This document shows positions 12,601-24,562 of a stretch of DNA of 64,000 bases, in pieces. How positions within the stretch are numbered: position 1 is the stretch's first letter; each line of letters opens with the position of its first letter. Origin of the DNA: Azolla caroliniana (lineage: Eukaryota; Plantae; Polypodiophyta); NCBI GenBank assembly GCA_043228905.1, contig JBHGNT010000016.1, positions 18,228,001-18,292,000 of the forward strand, read 5' to 3'. A program made the translations under genes and the position numbers. The notes under the pieces were generated by a model. It saw only the letters and a program-made list of their open reading frames with translations. It was not told where the DNA came from and did not search any database.

Positions 12601-15181
12601 TCTTCTTCTTTTAATATTCCTTGTTCTTTTAGCCAATGTTCAAAGTTTTGAACTTGGCGCTTCTCTCTCTCATTGAGTGTAGTCATTCCACACGCACCAT
12701 TAGGTGCTAAATATAGTTTTCCTTCTTGCTTCTTTCTTCTTTTTGGGGACTTACTTTTTCTCGGACTATTTTTGCCCCATTCTTCAATAGTCCATGTTAA
12801 AAATCCGAGGTCTCATCTCTGCGGCTATCTCGGTTCCTCTCATGATTAGATCCCACTGTCAAGAATTGAACCGACTTTTGACCTTCAAGACTCTTCACCC
12901 GAGCGAATGTTGCTCACTATCGAACACCTTAGTCTCCCTCCTTGATGATGTTATGTAGGGTTGCCCAAGAATCACCAAATGGGAAGTTTAATCTTACACA
13001 AAAAAGTGTTGGTCGATCTCTACATCCCCGATTGTGACTTGAATGTTGGGACATGCTCCATAAAGATCTTCCGTTGCCTTCGTCGCCGCACGAATCTTCC
13101 ATCCATGGTTCATGTTAATAGGCCATCTTCCCTTCTTGTAGAAATCTGTCGACATGAGGTTAATCTCTGATCCATGGTCTATAAGAGCCACAACCGTCTC
13201 TTTCTTCTCTCCAATCTTCACCGGAGTTTCCGTTGTCGCTCTCACCCAATGGTGTATAATGAATGTCCATTAGATCTTCTTCTTTCTCTTCCGTTCTTGC
13301 CATAATTGTGGCATTGGTTGTCACCTTTGTCAAAATTCCCCCCTCCTCATCTGCTTGTTGTCGTTTACGTTTGATAAGATCGATGATGGTCTCATGGAAC
13401 TCCTTTGCAATTCCAAGTAGTTCTCTCAATGTAAGGTCAATACGGCTATCGAGCACTCTTTCTTCAAGAACCTTTCTTAAGTTAGTTGTTTGTTCAATAT
13501 CCGACCTTAATTTGTATGTTGGCGTCGATCTATCCTTCCCCTTCTTGGCATTCTCTTCAATGGGTTGAGTCGGTTCCTCGGCTCTCTTCTTTGAGCTTCC
13601 ATCTTCTTGACGTGTGGTCTTGATCATCTCTTCCTTCTTCTTAAAGCTTCTTGTGTCATGTTTCTTAGAAGGGCCTTCATCTAGATCTGTCCTTTTCTGC
13701 TTCTCATCCACAAACACTTCATGGGTTTCGCATATGACCTCTGCGAGATCGTGTAGTTATCAACCAGATCCGCCCACCCGGTAAGGTCTCGTACATGAAG
13801 GTTGGCTAGCTTTGCATCATCCGAATTAATCTTCCCTTTTTTTTCGTATTCGAGGACGATTGGCCAAAACCCCGTTCCCGGTTTAATCATTCCAAGCTTC
13901 TCGTTCCCGATTTTTATACCAGCGGATGCAGCATAGTGTATAGCTTCGACGTGGTTCACATAGGCCTCATCCATGATTTTCTTTAGACCCCCCCCTACCG
14001 AAATTCACTTGCAAGTGCTTTCAAGTCTCACTTGAGTGTATAATGTTGCCTTCCATGTAGACAAGGTTTTGTCGAATTGGCTCTTGAACGCTAGCACAAT
14101 CTTTCCCTGCATGATCAACACTATCACACCATACACATCTATATGGTTCTTTCCCCTTCTTCTCGATCCACTTCATCAACGTATGACGAGTCATCCTCGA
14201 TGCATCTTCAAGCATATATTCAGCCAAAAGCACCCTTTCAAATCCCACTAATGTTCTTTGGGCTCTTGAATCTCCGTTATACGTCCTTGTAGCCCAATTG
14301 CTAGGACACGCTTGAAACTTGATATTTTCTTCTCTTCGATGACATCACGTTGTTGCATCTCCATCTTGGATGTAACAGGAAAATCCGTAATGTTTCTTCC
14401 ACCAAATTGGCCTGCTATCTCAACGGTTTGGTCGATGGCCTTGTCTAAGCTGGCATCATTATCTCGACCTCTCATCATATGCTCAACAATAGCCACCAAC
14501 TTTACCACTTCATCAGCTTGGGTGTTTGTTGAAGAAGCCATCTTCTAACCTTATATTTCAAGCACTTGATCCTTCCTTCCACCTCTTCACATCAAGTTCA
14601 CCACTTTATTATGTCATGAAAATCCGTCACTATGTGCGGATCGTGAGGCGGAACCTCCGGGGTTATGGAGGGGAAGGAAATAGGGCTCACACGCACAACA
14701 CAGGGAAGGCTTACACAAACAAGGCACGAGTATTCAAACGTGTTTGTGAAAAGGAGAGGTGCATGGGCAAGCCCGAATCAACCCCTAGTCACAAGGCGAA
14801 CGAATGCACGTGAGAAAGGCTTACACACAGACACACGAGGAAAAGGCTTACTTACACACATGAGAGACAGAGTTTCGAATGCCTTTGTGAAAAGAGAGGT
14901 GCATGGGCAAGCCCGAACGCTCCCTTGCCACAAGTGGTTTTTTTTCTCTCCATCTTTTTCTCTACTTTTGTCTACTTTTGAAAACAGCCTCTAACTTAAT
15001 ATTCATCATTATTTATTGTAAGGTTCAATCCTTTGACCATTTATTTATAAGGAATTATCTTTGGAAAATGAAAAAGTATTTTTGCTACCAATAAAGTTGT
15101 CTTCACAATACTAGTTTATTTGAACTACTATTTTACTTTTTTTCGAGGGTGATTTCACACTATGTTAGAAAAATCACGACA
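9640..15181 (-). mobile_element. Ty3/gypsy W1 (tRNA-Trp primed), 3'-truncated and decayed; 5' LTR 14612-15181
   Basis: gag with CVWCDSVDHAGKDC, PR ALIDHGSEINLM, RT DLYSGYDQ..FLDD, RH VDTSPTGIGW..ETDC, INT ADRGE..YNPEANGKVER. PBS TGGTGAACTTGATGTGAA at 14586-14603. Right flank CCGT. Confidence 0.92.
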
Positions 15182-17891
15182 CCGTGCCAAAAACGCTAGA
15201 GCTTAACGGGATAGCCGAGAGGATGAACCGGACCATTATGGAGAGGGTCCAAAGTACGCTTGTGAATGTAAAGTTAGCGAAGACGTTCTGGGGTGAGCCA
15301 TTGATGACGGCAGCGTATGAGATAAACTGATCACCCTCAGTAACCTTGGACAGTGATATTCCACAAAGGGTGTGGACTGGCTACGGCGATGACAAATTCA
15401 ACTATCGGCTATGGGACTTAGCCGAGAGGAAGGTGATAAGGAGCCGAGACATCATCTTCATGGAAGAGAAGACAATTGTCGATTGGGAGATAGAGAATAA
15501 GTGTCCAACTACCAAATCAAGCCGAGTCAAATCGCGTAGAATTTGATTCAATCGAAATCGAATCCAAGCCAATCGGCGAATTAAATACTCAGCAAAATTG
15601 AGAACCGACTGAAGAACAAGGGGAATCAGCTGAACAAGGAACCAAGTTTGACTCAGCCGAAGAAGTTGAAGAAGAACTAATCGTGCCGAATGGAGCCCGA
15701 AGATACCCCCTTAGAGAGAGGAGAGCCCCTTGAAGATTTCCGGATGAAGACCGTGTACTGCTAACCAATGATGGGGAGCCAGAAAGCTTCGATAAAGCTA
15801 AGAATGATACCCACAACCGAAAGTGGTTAAGTGTCATGCAAGATGACATGGATTCCTTGCATGAGAACCACACATATAAACTGACCGAATTGCCAAGAGG
15901 AAAGAAGGAACTTTGGAATAAGTGGGTATACAAGTTGAAACCGGGAGTTGGTAGAAATCCACCGAGATACAAAGCCAGAATCATCATGAAGGGCTTTCAG
16001 CAGAAGAACGGTGTGGATTTCGACAAAATATTTGCCCTAGTAGTGAAGATGACATCAATCCAAACAATGTTGAGCATAATGGCCAGTGAAGTTGAGCAAA
16101 TGGACGTCAAGACTGCCTTCCTTCATGGAGACTTGGAGGAAGAGATTTACATGTACCAGCCGGAAGGATTCGAAAAAAAAGGTAATGAAAACCCGGTATC
16201 CGGATTGAGAAAGAGCTTGTACGGGCTGAAGTAGGCACCTCGGCAATGGTACCGAAAATTCGAATCCTTCATGACCGACAACGGGTACCACAAAATGCAG
16301 GTTGATCATTGTGTGTTTGTGAAGAAGTTTGAAGCAGGAGACTTCCTCATACTTTTGTTGTACATGGATGACATGCTAATTGTCGAACGAAACCATACCA
16401 AGATCCAAGCTCTGAAGAAGGCCTTGAGTGGGTCATTCTCAATGAAGGATATGGGTCCGGCAAAGAAAATCGTAGGGATGCACATTCTCTAAGATAGGAC
16501 TAAGAAGCTATTGTGGTTGTCACAAGAAAAGTACGTGACAAAATTGCTCCAGAGATTCAGCATGGAAAGCACGAAATCGATCGGCTCGACACTACCAACA
16601 AACTGCAAGCTAAGGGCAAATGCCCAAAAAAGAAAATCAAGAAGGCCGAGATGTCAAAAGACCCTTACGCTTCGGTAGTTGGAAGCCTGATGTGTGCAAT
16701 GGTGTGTACAAGGCCGGACATTGGATACGTTGTCGGAGTGGTCAACTGATATTTGAGCAATCCCGGAAGAGAGCATTGGGATGCAGTCAAATGGATATTT
16801 CGGTACCTAAGAAGCACCTCGAACGTGTGTCTTTGATTTGTCTCAGCCAACCCCACATTGGAAGGTTATATGGATTTGGGCCTGTCGATTGATGTGGATA
16901 CCACCCGATCCAAGGTTAATAACATATGCAAGGGGAGCTATTTTGTGGCAGTCAAGGCTACAGAAGGTTGTGGTATTGTCAACCATGGAAGCCGAGTACA
17001 TGGCCGCAGCGGAAGCCGACAAGGAAATTATATGGATGAAGGAGTTTATCAATGAGTTGGGAATTTTGCAAGAAGAATTATGACTCTATTGCGATAATCC
17101 CAGTGCCATCCACCTTGCAAAGAATGCCACCTACCACTCGAGGACCAAACATAACCAGAGGAGATACCATTGGCTTCGAGAGCAAGTAGAAGAAAAGGAG
17201 TTCTCTCTAGTGAAGGTGCACACAACGAAAAACGGGTCGGACATGCTGACCAAGGTGTTGTTGGCTGAGAAGTTGAATGAGTGCTGACAGAGGATCAGAC
17301 TAATGAAGTACCCCATGCCGGAGTGAAGAAGGAGTTTGTTGGGAAACAAGTCCCTCCAGATGGGAAGAAGAGAATGAGCCGAATCAAAGAGAATTTTGAA
17401 AATCAAGAATCAAAATCGAGAATCAATTTTATGACCAATTCAAGGGGCTATAATTGTAAATAGTCTGAATGTGCCCATGTGGGCTATATCTGTAAATAGC
17501 TAGAAAGTTGTATATGTATAAATACAACTAGGGAAAACTTTATGTGTTGTGTGGATTCATTATTGGTGTATAGTGATATGGTTAGAGAAGAGGTAGTTTC
17601 CTCTGTAACTGTGTAAGAGAGAGAGTGAGAGTTAGAAAGAGTAACTTTGTAGTCTTCTATCAGACGAAGAAGATCTCAAGGCCGTTGCCTCTGAGTATCT
17701 TATTGTACATCCTCTCATCATAGCGATTAGTTCAGAGTTTGTGGACTCCACGTGGTTTTTCCCTTTTGGGTTTTCCACGTAAAAGATCTTGTGTCTCTAT
17801 GCATTACGTTTCTGTCTGTGCATTGTCATTGTCGTTTCCTTGCACCCAAATACGTGAACGAGAAACTGGTTATGGCTAGTTGATTCCTAAT
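15182..17891 (+). mobile_element. Copia family B fragment: INT end, RT, RH and 3' LTR (17337-~17891)
   Basis: [28 protein letters not shown] and HPMPE-like end. PPT GAAGAAGGAG followed by TGTTGGG. Confidence 0.88.
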
Positions 17892-17899
17892 AGTTCTTT

Positions 17900-18826
17900 C
17901 AATTGACTCGGACAGTCGATCGACTCGTGGGTTTCTGCCGATTCATCGATGGTGAATCCCATCGATTTTCGCCAAATATCCTCGGTGAAGACTTGGTCGA
18001 TCATCTCATCTAGATTTAGGATCAGACAGTTATTGGCAAATGTCGTGCAGAATACCTCCCGACTTGTTGCCAACCTCAATAGGAGGGCAAGAGCTTTCAC
18101 TTCTTCTTTGAAGTTAATCCCTTGGGAGGAGAGTTCAAACAACTTCCGGTTAAAGGTGTTGATGTGGGAGGTTGCAGAATTCGACTCTCTCATCTTCATA
18201 TTCAATAGTTGTCGAATCAATATGAGTTTTGACGAGCAAGACTTCTTTTCTTACACTTCTTGCAACTTCTCCCATAATGAGAAAGTTGTCATCTCCTTGG
18301 CCATGCTGAAATAGACATTCTCAGCCAGATGCATTCGAATGGTGGAGCATGCAATTTCGTCTAGTGATCCCCACTCTTCAGCTGACATCATAGTGAGTTT
18401 TTCACTATGTCGAATAGCTACAACTTGTTTTCTCATGATGCATCCACTAGAAAAAACTTTTTCCATCGAATTTTCGAATTTGAACTCCTGTTCCACATGT
18501 TGAAGCCATATTCCCCTTTTGAAAGTGAGATTTTTCCTGATCTTGTCTTCTTTTTTCAGCTTTCTCTACTTCTTTTGTTGCCGCCAAACAACAGGTCGCT
18601 CTGATACCACTTGATGGAAGAATGCGCGGAAGTAAGTAGGGACCTTTGGGTTATGTGCTCAACAAACAACACAAAAAGTATGGCAAGGGAATAGATAGAA
18701 TCGTAGACACAATTTTCAGTGTGGACGACGCAGCTGTGCGGCACCTTGGCTGGTATGGGGTGCTTCCATTGGGCTATGACTACTGTATGGAGGACATGCC
18801 AAGAAGTGTTTTGGCTTTTCCAGTGG
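17900..18826 (-). mobile_element. Copia gag remnant with iMet PBS (18598-18609) and partial 5' LTR from 18612
   Basis: ORFs 17876-18220 and 18251-18496 resemble copia gag (STIRMHLAENVYF). TGGTATCAGAGC on the minus strand. Confidence 0.8.
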
Positions 18827-19899
18827 CTCTTGCGTCTTGTGGTATCCTTGGTCAGCCATGAAGGAGTCGAACTTCTGGTACCATTGTCGAGGAGCTTGCT
18901 TTAGTCTGTAGAAGCTCTTCTTCAACTGGCATATCAAGTTCTCCTTTCCTTTCTTGACGAATCCTTCTGGTTGCTGCATGTAGATTTCCTCTTTGAGGTC
19001 ACCATTCAAGAATGCCATCATGACATCCAGTTGTTCGACCTCGAGGTCCATGCTTGCTGTTATTCTTAGCACCATTCAGATGGATGTCATATTTACTACT
19101 GGGGCCAAAATCTCGTTGAAATCCACTCCTTTCTTTTGTTGGAAGCCCTTCATCACAATGCAAGCATTATACCTTGGTGGATTTCCATCATCTCCCGGTT
19201 TTAGTTTATACACCCAATTATTCCGGAGTGCCCTCTTTCCTTTTGACAACCCCGTCAGCTCATAAGTGTGGTTCTCACATAGGCAATCCATCTCATCCTA
19301 CATGCCCCTAAACCAGTTACGGTTGTCGGTATCCCTCTTTGTTTCCTCCAAGCTTTCCAGATCCCCCTCATCGGTTAGCAGCACACGCTCTTCATCTGGG
19401 AATCTGAGAGGGGCTCTTCTCTCTCTTAGAGGATATCGTTGACTACCATTCGATGTTATCAACTCTTGTTTGACCTCTTCAATCACCTCTTCATCCAAAT
19501 CCGATTCGAGTCCGTGTTCGGTTCCAATATCTGGTTCTCCTTTAGTTGATTCGGTTCCTTATCTGAATCCAACAAGTCCGCTTTGTTCTTCGGCTAGCAT
19601 CCGGTTCCCGACCGGGTGGGTACTTATCTCATCCACCCGATCTCTATCGGTTGACTCGGAGGATGTTCCTTTCTTCTCTGATTCCCAGTCGGCGAAAGTC
19701 TTTTCTTCCATGAACACTATGTCTCTACTCCGGATGACCATCTTCTCAACTAAGTTCCATACCCAGTAGCTGAACTCGTCATCGCCATATCCAAGGAATA
19801 TAAATGACCGAGACTTTGGGTCCAATTTTCCTCGTTTTTGCTTTGCAACATGCACATAGGTCAAATAGCCGAACACCCTCAGATGTCGGTAAGACACGT

Positions 19900-21641
19900 T
19901 GTCGTGAAAATCCATCACTATGTGTGGATCGTGAGGCGGAACCACCGGAGTTATGGACGGGAAGGAAATAGGGCTTAAACGCACAACACAAGGAAGGCTT
20001 ACACAATCAAGACAGGAGTATTCGAACATATTTGTGAAAAGGAGAGGTGCATGGGCAAGCCCGAATCAACCCCTAGTCACAAGGTGAACAAATGCACGTG
20101 AGGAAGGTTTACACACGGACACACAAGGAAAAGGTTTACTTACACACACGAGAGATAGAGTTTCAAATGCCTTTGTGAAAAGAGAGGTGCATGGGCAAAA
20201 CCCAAATGCTCCCTTGTTACAAAACACACAAACACACAAGCAAGGTTTATACACGGGAAACACAATTCCGAACTCCTTTGTGAAAGGAGAGGTGAATGGG
20301 CAAGCCCGAACGCTCCCTTCCCACAAGTCGCATGAACACACAAGCAAGGTTTACACACGGGAGACACAATTTCAAACGTCTTTGTGAAAGGAGAGGTGCA
20401 TGGGCAAGCCCAAACGCTCCCTTGCCACAAGTCGCACGAACACATAAGCAAGGTTTGCATGCGGGAGACACAATTTCGAACGCCTTTGTGAAAGGAGAGG
20501 TGCATGGGCAAGCCCGAACACTCCCTTCCCACAAGTCGCATGAACACACAAGCAAGGTTTACACACAGGAGACACAATTTCAAACGCCTTTGTGAAAGGA
20601 GAGGTGCATGGGCAAGCCCGAACACTCCCTTGCCACAAGTCACACGAACACATAAGCAAGGTTTGCACAGGGGAGACACAATTTCGAACGCCTTTGTGAA
20701 AGGAGAGGTGCATGGGCAAGCCTGAACGCTCACACAAGCAAGGTTTACATATGGGAGACACAATTTCAAATGCCTTTGTGAAAGGAGAGGTGTATGGGCA
20801 AGCCCGAACGCTCCCTTGCCACAAGTCGCACAAACACACAAACAAATAAGCACAAATGACGATAACAAATAAGCACAATCAAGATTTACACATAAGACAA
20901 GTAGATGAAAGAAAACATTAGTTTATATCAATACAATAGATTCTTTTATAATATAAGAATCATGTTACAATGGGTTGGATGCAAATATGAAGGATTGTTT
21001 ATAAATGAATGTGGGAAGAGAGGTGGAGGAAAGAAGAGAGTGAAGTATAAAAGGAGTTTCTTTGTTGATGATGCCTCTCGATGTTGTTGATCCTTCTTCT
21101 TCCACTTTCCAATTGAGTAGAGGTTCCGTGTTCCTTCTCCCTCCCCACCTTATTCACTAGAATAGGCTCTTATTTATAGGTTGAGGATTGCTTGCCTTTT
21201 TCCCCTAAAAAAAAGCTTGTCTATATAAGTCGACTTTTCTTTTCCTCGCTATTTCTGTTTTCTAGCCCCAAAATTCACATGCAAGATATTCATGAAAACC
21301 TCTTTGGGTTAGCTTTCTTATGCATCTTTTCTTTTCTAATTTGGACATCTGACGAGGAAATTATGAGCTTTTTTTTCTATTGTGTTCCTCATATCCATGC
21401 GTGTTTTTTTTTTTCTCTCAATCTTTTTTTCTACTTTTGAAAACCGCCTCTAACTTAATATTCATCATTATCTATTGTAAGGTTCAATCCTTGGACCTTT
21501 TATTTATAAGGAATTCTCTTTGGCAAAATGAAAAAGTATTTTTGCTACCAATAAAGTTGACTTCACAATACTAGTTTATTTGAACTACTATTTTACTTCT
21601 TTTCGAGGGTGGTTTCGCACTGTGTCGAAAACATCACGGCA
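19900..21641 (-). mobile_element. Solo LTR of the W1 gypsy family with an 8-unit tandem array
   Basis: TGTCGTG..CACGGCA ends and 4-bp TSD ACGT (19896-19899, 21642-21645). Both ends match LTR 14612-15181. TATA-like CTATAAATAAG on minus near 21170. Confidence 0.92.
20031..20830. repeat. Tandem array, period mostly ~104 bp
   Basis: Core TTTGTGAAAGGAGAGGTGCATGGGCAAGCCCGAAC recurs near 20031, 20172, 20277, 20381, 20485, 20589, 20693 and 20775. Confidence 0.92.
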
Positions 21642-22019
21642 ACGTTTTTGCTGGTCCACACTCTCTGTGGTATGTTCTCCGTCCAAGGGTGCTAAGGGTG
21701 ATCTGTTTATCACGTGAACCGTTGTCATCAGTGCCTCAGCCCAGAACATCTTGGACAACTTAGCATGTGCGAGCATACTCTGGACTCTCTCCATGAGGGT
21801 TCGGTTCATTCTCTCAGCTAGCCCGTTAAGCTCTAGCGTCTTCAGCACGGTGTATTCTAGCCGGATTTCCTTCAACCAAAAATACTCCTCGAAGTGCCCT
21901 CGGTATTCGACTCCATTGTCTACTAGAAACATTTTAAGCTTCCGTCCTCTCTCTTTCTGCCCTTGCTTTGAACTTCTTGAAGACCGGCAACACGTAGTCC
22001 TTGGTCTTCAATACAAAAG

Positions 22020-22474
22020 TATTATAGATCTAAGTACTAAAGTAAGCTTAAGATAAGGATAAAAAAATGATAGATAGAAAGGAGAAAGAGAAAGAAGGGT
22101 GCCGATCCACCTGACCACCCCCGAGCGAAGGGATCGAGACGGACTCGAGCCTCGATCGGCGTCCCATACCACCGCCGTGGCGTCGAGTCGTACCTGGTGC
22201 TGGCGCGCTCGCTACAAGAGTTGACCCACCACAAGAGCAGAGTCTCGATGTAGTCAAAACATGATCAAATGAGGGTAGCTAGGCCTCTTATTTATAGCGA
22301 TACCCAAGGCCCCCAAGCAAGTTCACACTTGACCTAATGGGTTGTCTCAATCCCGAGGATTAAAAGTAATCCTCCCCTTCTTTACATTCTTGTTTAACCC
22401 TCACACTTATCCACATGTATAGAATACTACGGTAAATTCTCACCATGGGATATTAAATGGTCATGCCCGTAACA
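22020..22474. mobile_element. Solo LTR
   Basis: TATTAT..GTAACA ends (decayed TGTTAC inverted repeat) and 5-bp TSD AAAAG (22015-22019, 22475-22479). The host integrase resumes after it. Confidence 0.82.
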
Positions 22475-23156
22475 AAAAGCCCACAACTTCCGACTACAAT
22501 CATCAATGAGGTCACAAAATATTGTGAACCGGCATGTGACTTAGTGTCTACGTAGTATACGTCGGTATGCATGAGTTCAAGCACCTTTCTCTTCCTTGTC
22601 GGGGGCCTAGTTTGGAAGGAGGTTTTGTTCTACTTGTCGGCCAAGAAATCAGTGCACTTCTCAACTTGCATGTTCACCTCCAGAATGAAGTTATCATCGG
22701 CAAGTTTCTACAACCTCTTCTCGCTCATGTGACATAACCTCTTGTGCCACAACTCTCCGACAGTGTTCGCAGCCTCCTTCACTTCCTCCCGACATATTCG
22801 GGCATGCATTAGATACGATGTGTTGGTTATCCAGGCTTGAGCCACAATCAGGATTACTTTGCAGAACTTTAGGATGCCATTCTAGATGCTACTCGTGTAG
22901 CCTTCATCATCTAGCCGACCGGTTGATATCAAATTCAATCTAACTTTTGGAACATGTTGAACATCCTTTAACACTAATATGCACCTGGTTGAGGTTACCC
23001 AACACACATCTCCTATGCCGACGATTCGGCATGCTCCTTCATTCCCCATCTTTACAAAATTGTGCTCTCTGGCTCTGTATGATGAGAAGCACTTCCGGTC
23101 AGGGGTAAGATGAAACGACGCTCCAAAGTCGACCACCAAATATCTACATGCAGAGG

Positions 23157-23905
23157 TGTTGAGAAGCATGCTCAACATGTGTTGGATTGGCTGAATAAGC
23201 CAATAGCCAGATAGGATGAAGACCGATCAGTTAGGCCCAGATCGGAGAGTCGAATTGAAGAATCGGATCCACGTAGAGTCAGTAGGCCATTAGAGACCTA
23301 TGCACCTAGTTAATAGGTAGTTATAAATTCTAGGAGTTAGTGTCAGTAACTCAGTTGTGAGCATTGAAGTACTTGTCAGTACTTTGGTCAATCCTTTTAT
23401 GGACTTGTATAAAAAGTTCTCTCTGAGCATATTTGACTGTACAGAGTGTTATTTACAAATCGAGTTTTCTTGTTTTGCTCTCTCTGTCTCTCCCTCGTAC
23501 TGTGTGTTCTTTGTTCTTCTCCATTGATTCTCTATGTATTCTGCAACTATACAGCTGAGCTGGTTGTGTCTGTTTTAGTTTCCACACACTAATATTTTCA
23601 TGGAATCAGAGCGCAAGGGTTGAGATTCCTCTACTACCAACAAGCATTCAACCCAGACAAACCCTAACACCCGGTTGAGAACAAACAATAAGAACAAAAA
23701 TGGACAGAAGCATGGCAAGCTCACTTGGAGCAACAATACATCCTAGTCTTACAAGATGCACCAATATCTTCTCAGACACAGATACTAGAGTTATGTGGAA
23801 GGAGCAAACATAGTGCCAGAATCTGCACACAAGGACTTTCCAGTTTGGGAACGAGGAGCAAGCAGAGTCTTGTATTGCCTTGTGTCCTATGTGCATGACC
23901 AAATT
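23157..23905 (+). mobile_element. Copia family C 5' LTR, degenerate iMet PBS (23601-23612) and gag start
   Basis: TTTCA|TGGAATCAGAGC. The gag peptide EGANI..HKDFPVWERGASRVLYCL resembles ORF 35988-36386. LTR start is uncertain. Confidence 0.7.
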
Positions 23906-24174
23906 GACGGGAACTGCACGCTCCTTATGCGCAACGCTTGGCCACAACCGAGCTTAGAATCATACACAGAAAACGGGAAATAAAACACGACACAAAGAAG
24001 AGAAGTGTACACAAGATGTTTACGTGGAAAACCCAAACTAAGGGAAAAACCATGGCAGCCCACAGGCTGCAAACTATCACTATGTTACTATGTAAACAGT
24101 GAGTTCACGGAGGCAACGACCTCGTCCTCATGATCCTCACCACAAGCGGCGGTTACAACAGAGGCAGCGACCTC

Positions 24175-24224
<50 letters not shown>

Positions 24225-24562
24225 CACAGTTACGCGCTGTCTCTCACCTTGCACCAACAAGAATGACAACAACCACACACAACAAAAGTTTGCCCTAAGT
24301 CATATTTATACTAATATGAATTTTTCGGCTATTTACAAATATAGCCTCGAGGGACTCTTAGAAACATATTTACGAATATGTCTCTTCATCCGGTGAGCAT
24401 TCCTCACCGGGTCTACACCATCCGGCTCTCCGTAGCCGGGTACTCCTCATTCGGTCTTCACCGGGTCTGCACCATCCGGCTCTCCGTAGCCGGATACTCC
24501 TCATCCGGTCTTCACCAGGTCTGCACCATCTGGAGGGACCTGTCTCCAAACAAACTCCCCCT

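Larger units (their letters stand above)
18827..23140 (-). pseudogene. Copia family B PR-INT-RT fragment carrying two solo-LTR insertions
   Basis: VVDFGASFHLTP, DNGVEYRG..ELNGLAERMNRT, LKQAPRQWY. The frame is interrupted at 19900-21641 and 22020-22474. Confidence 0.88.

Noticed and set aside
5518-15185. CCGT at both ends suggesting one intact element 5522-15181
   Set aside because: The right flank is mid-integrase copia sequence that does not continue the left flank, and the interior is a patchwork. The match is expected by chance given the NCGN target bias.
20031-20830. CRISPR-like repeat/spacer appearance (also 5650-6350)
   Set aside because: The intervening sequences are homologous to one another, the array sits in a eukaryotic LTR, and there are no cas genes.
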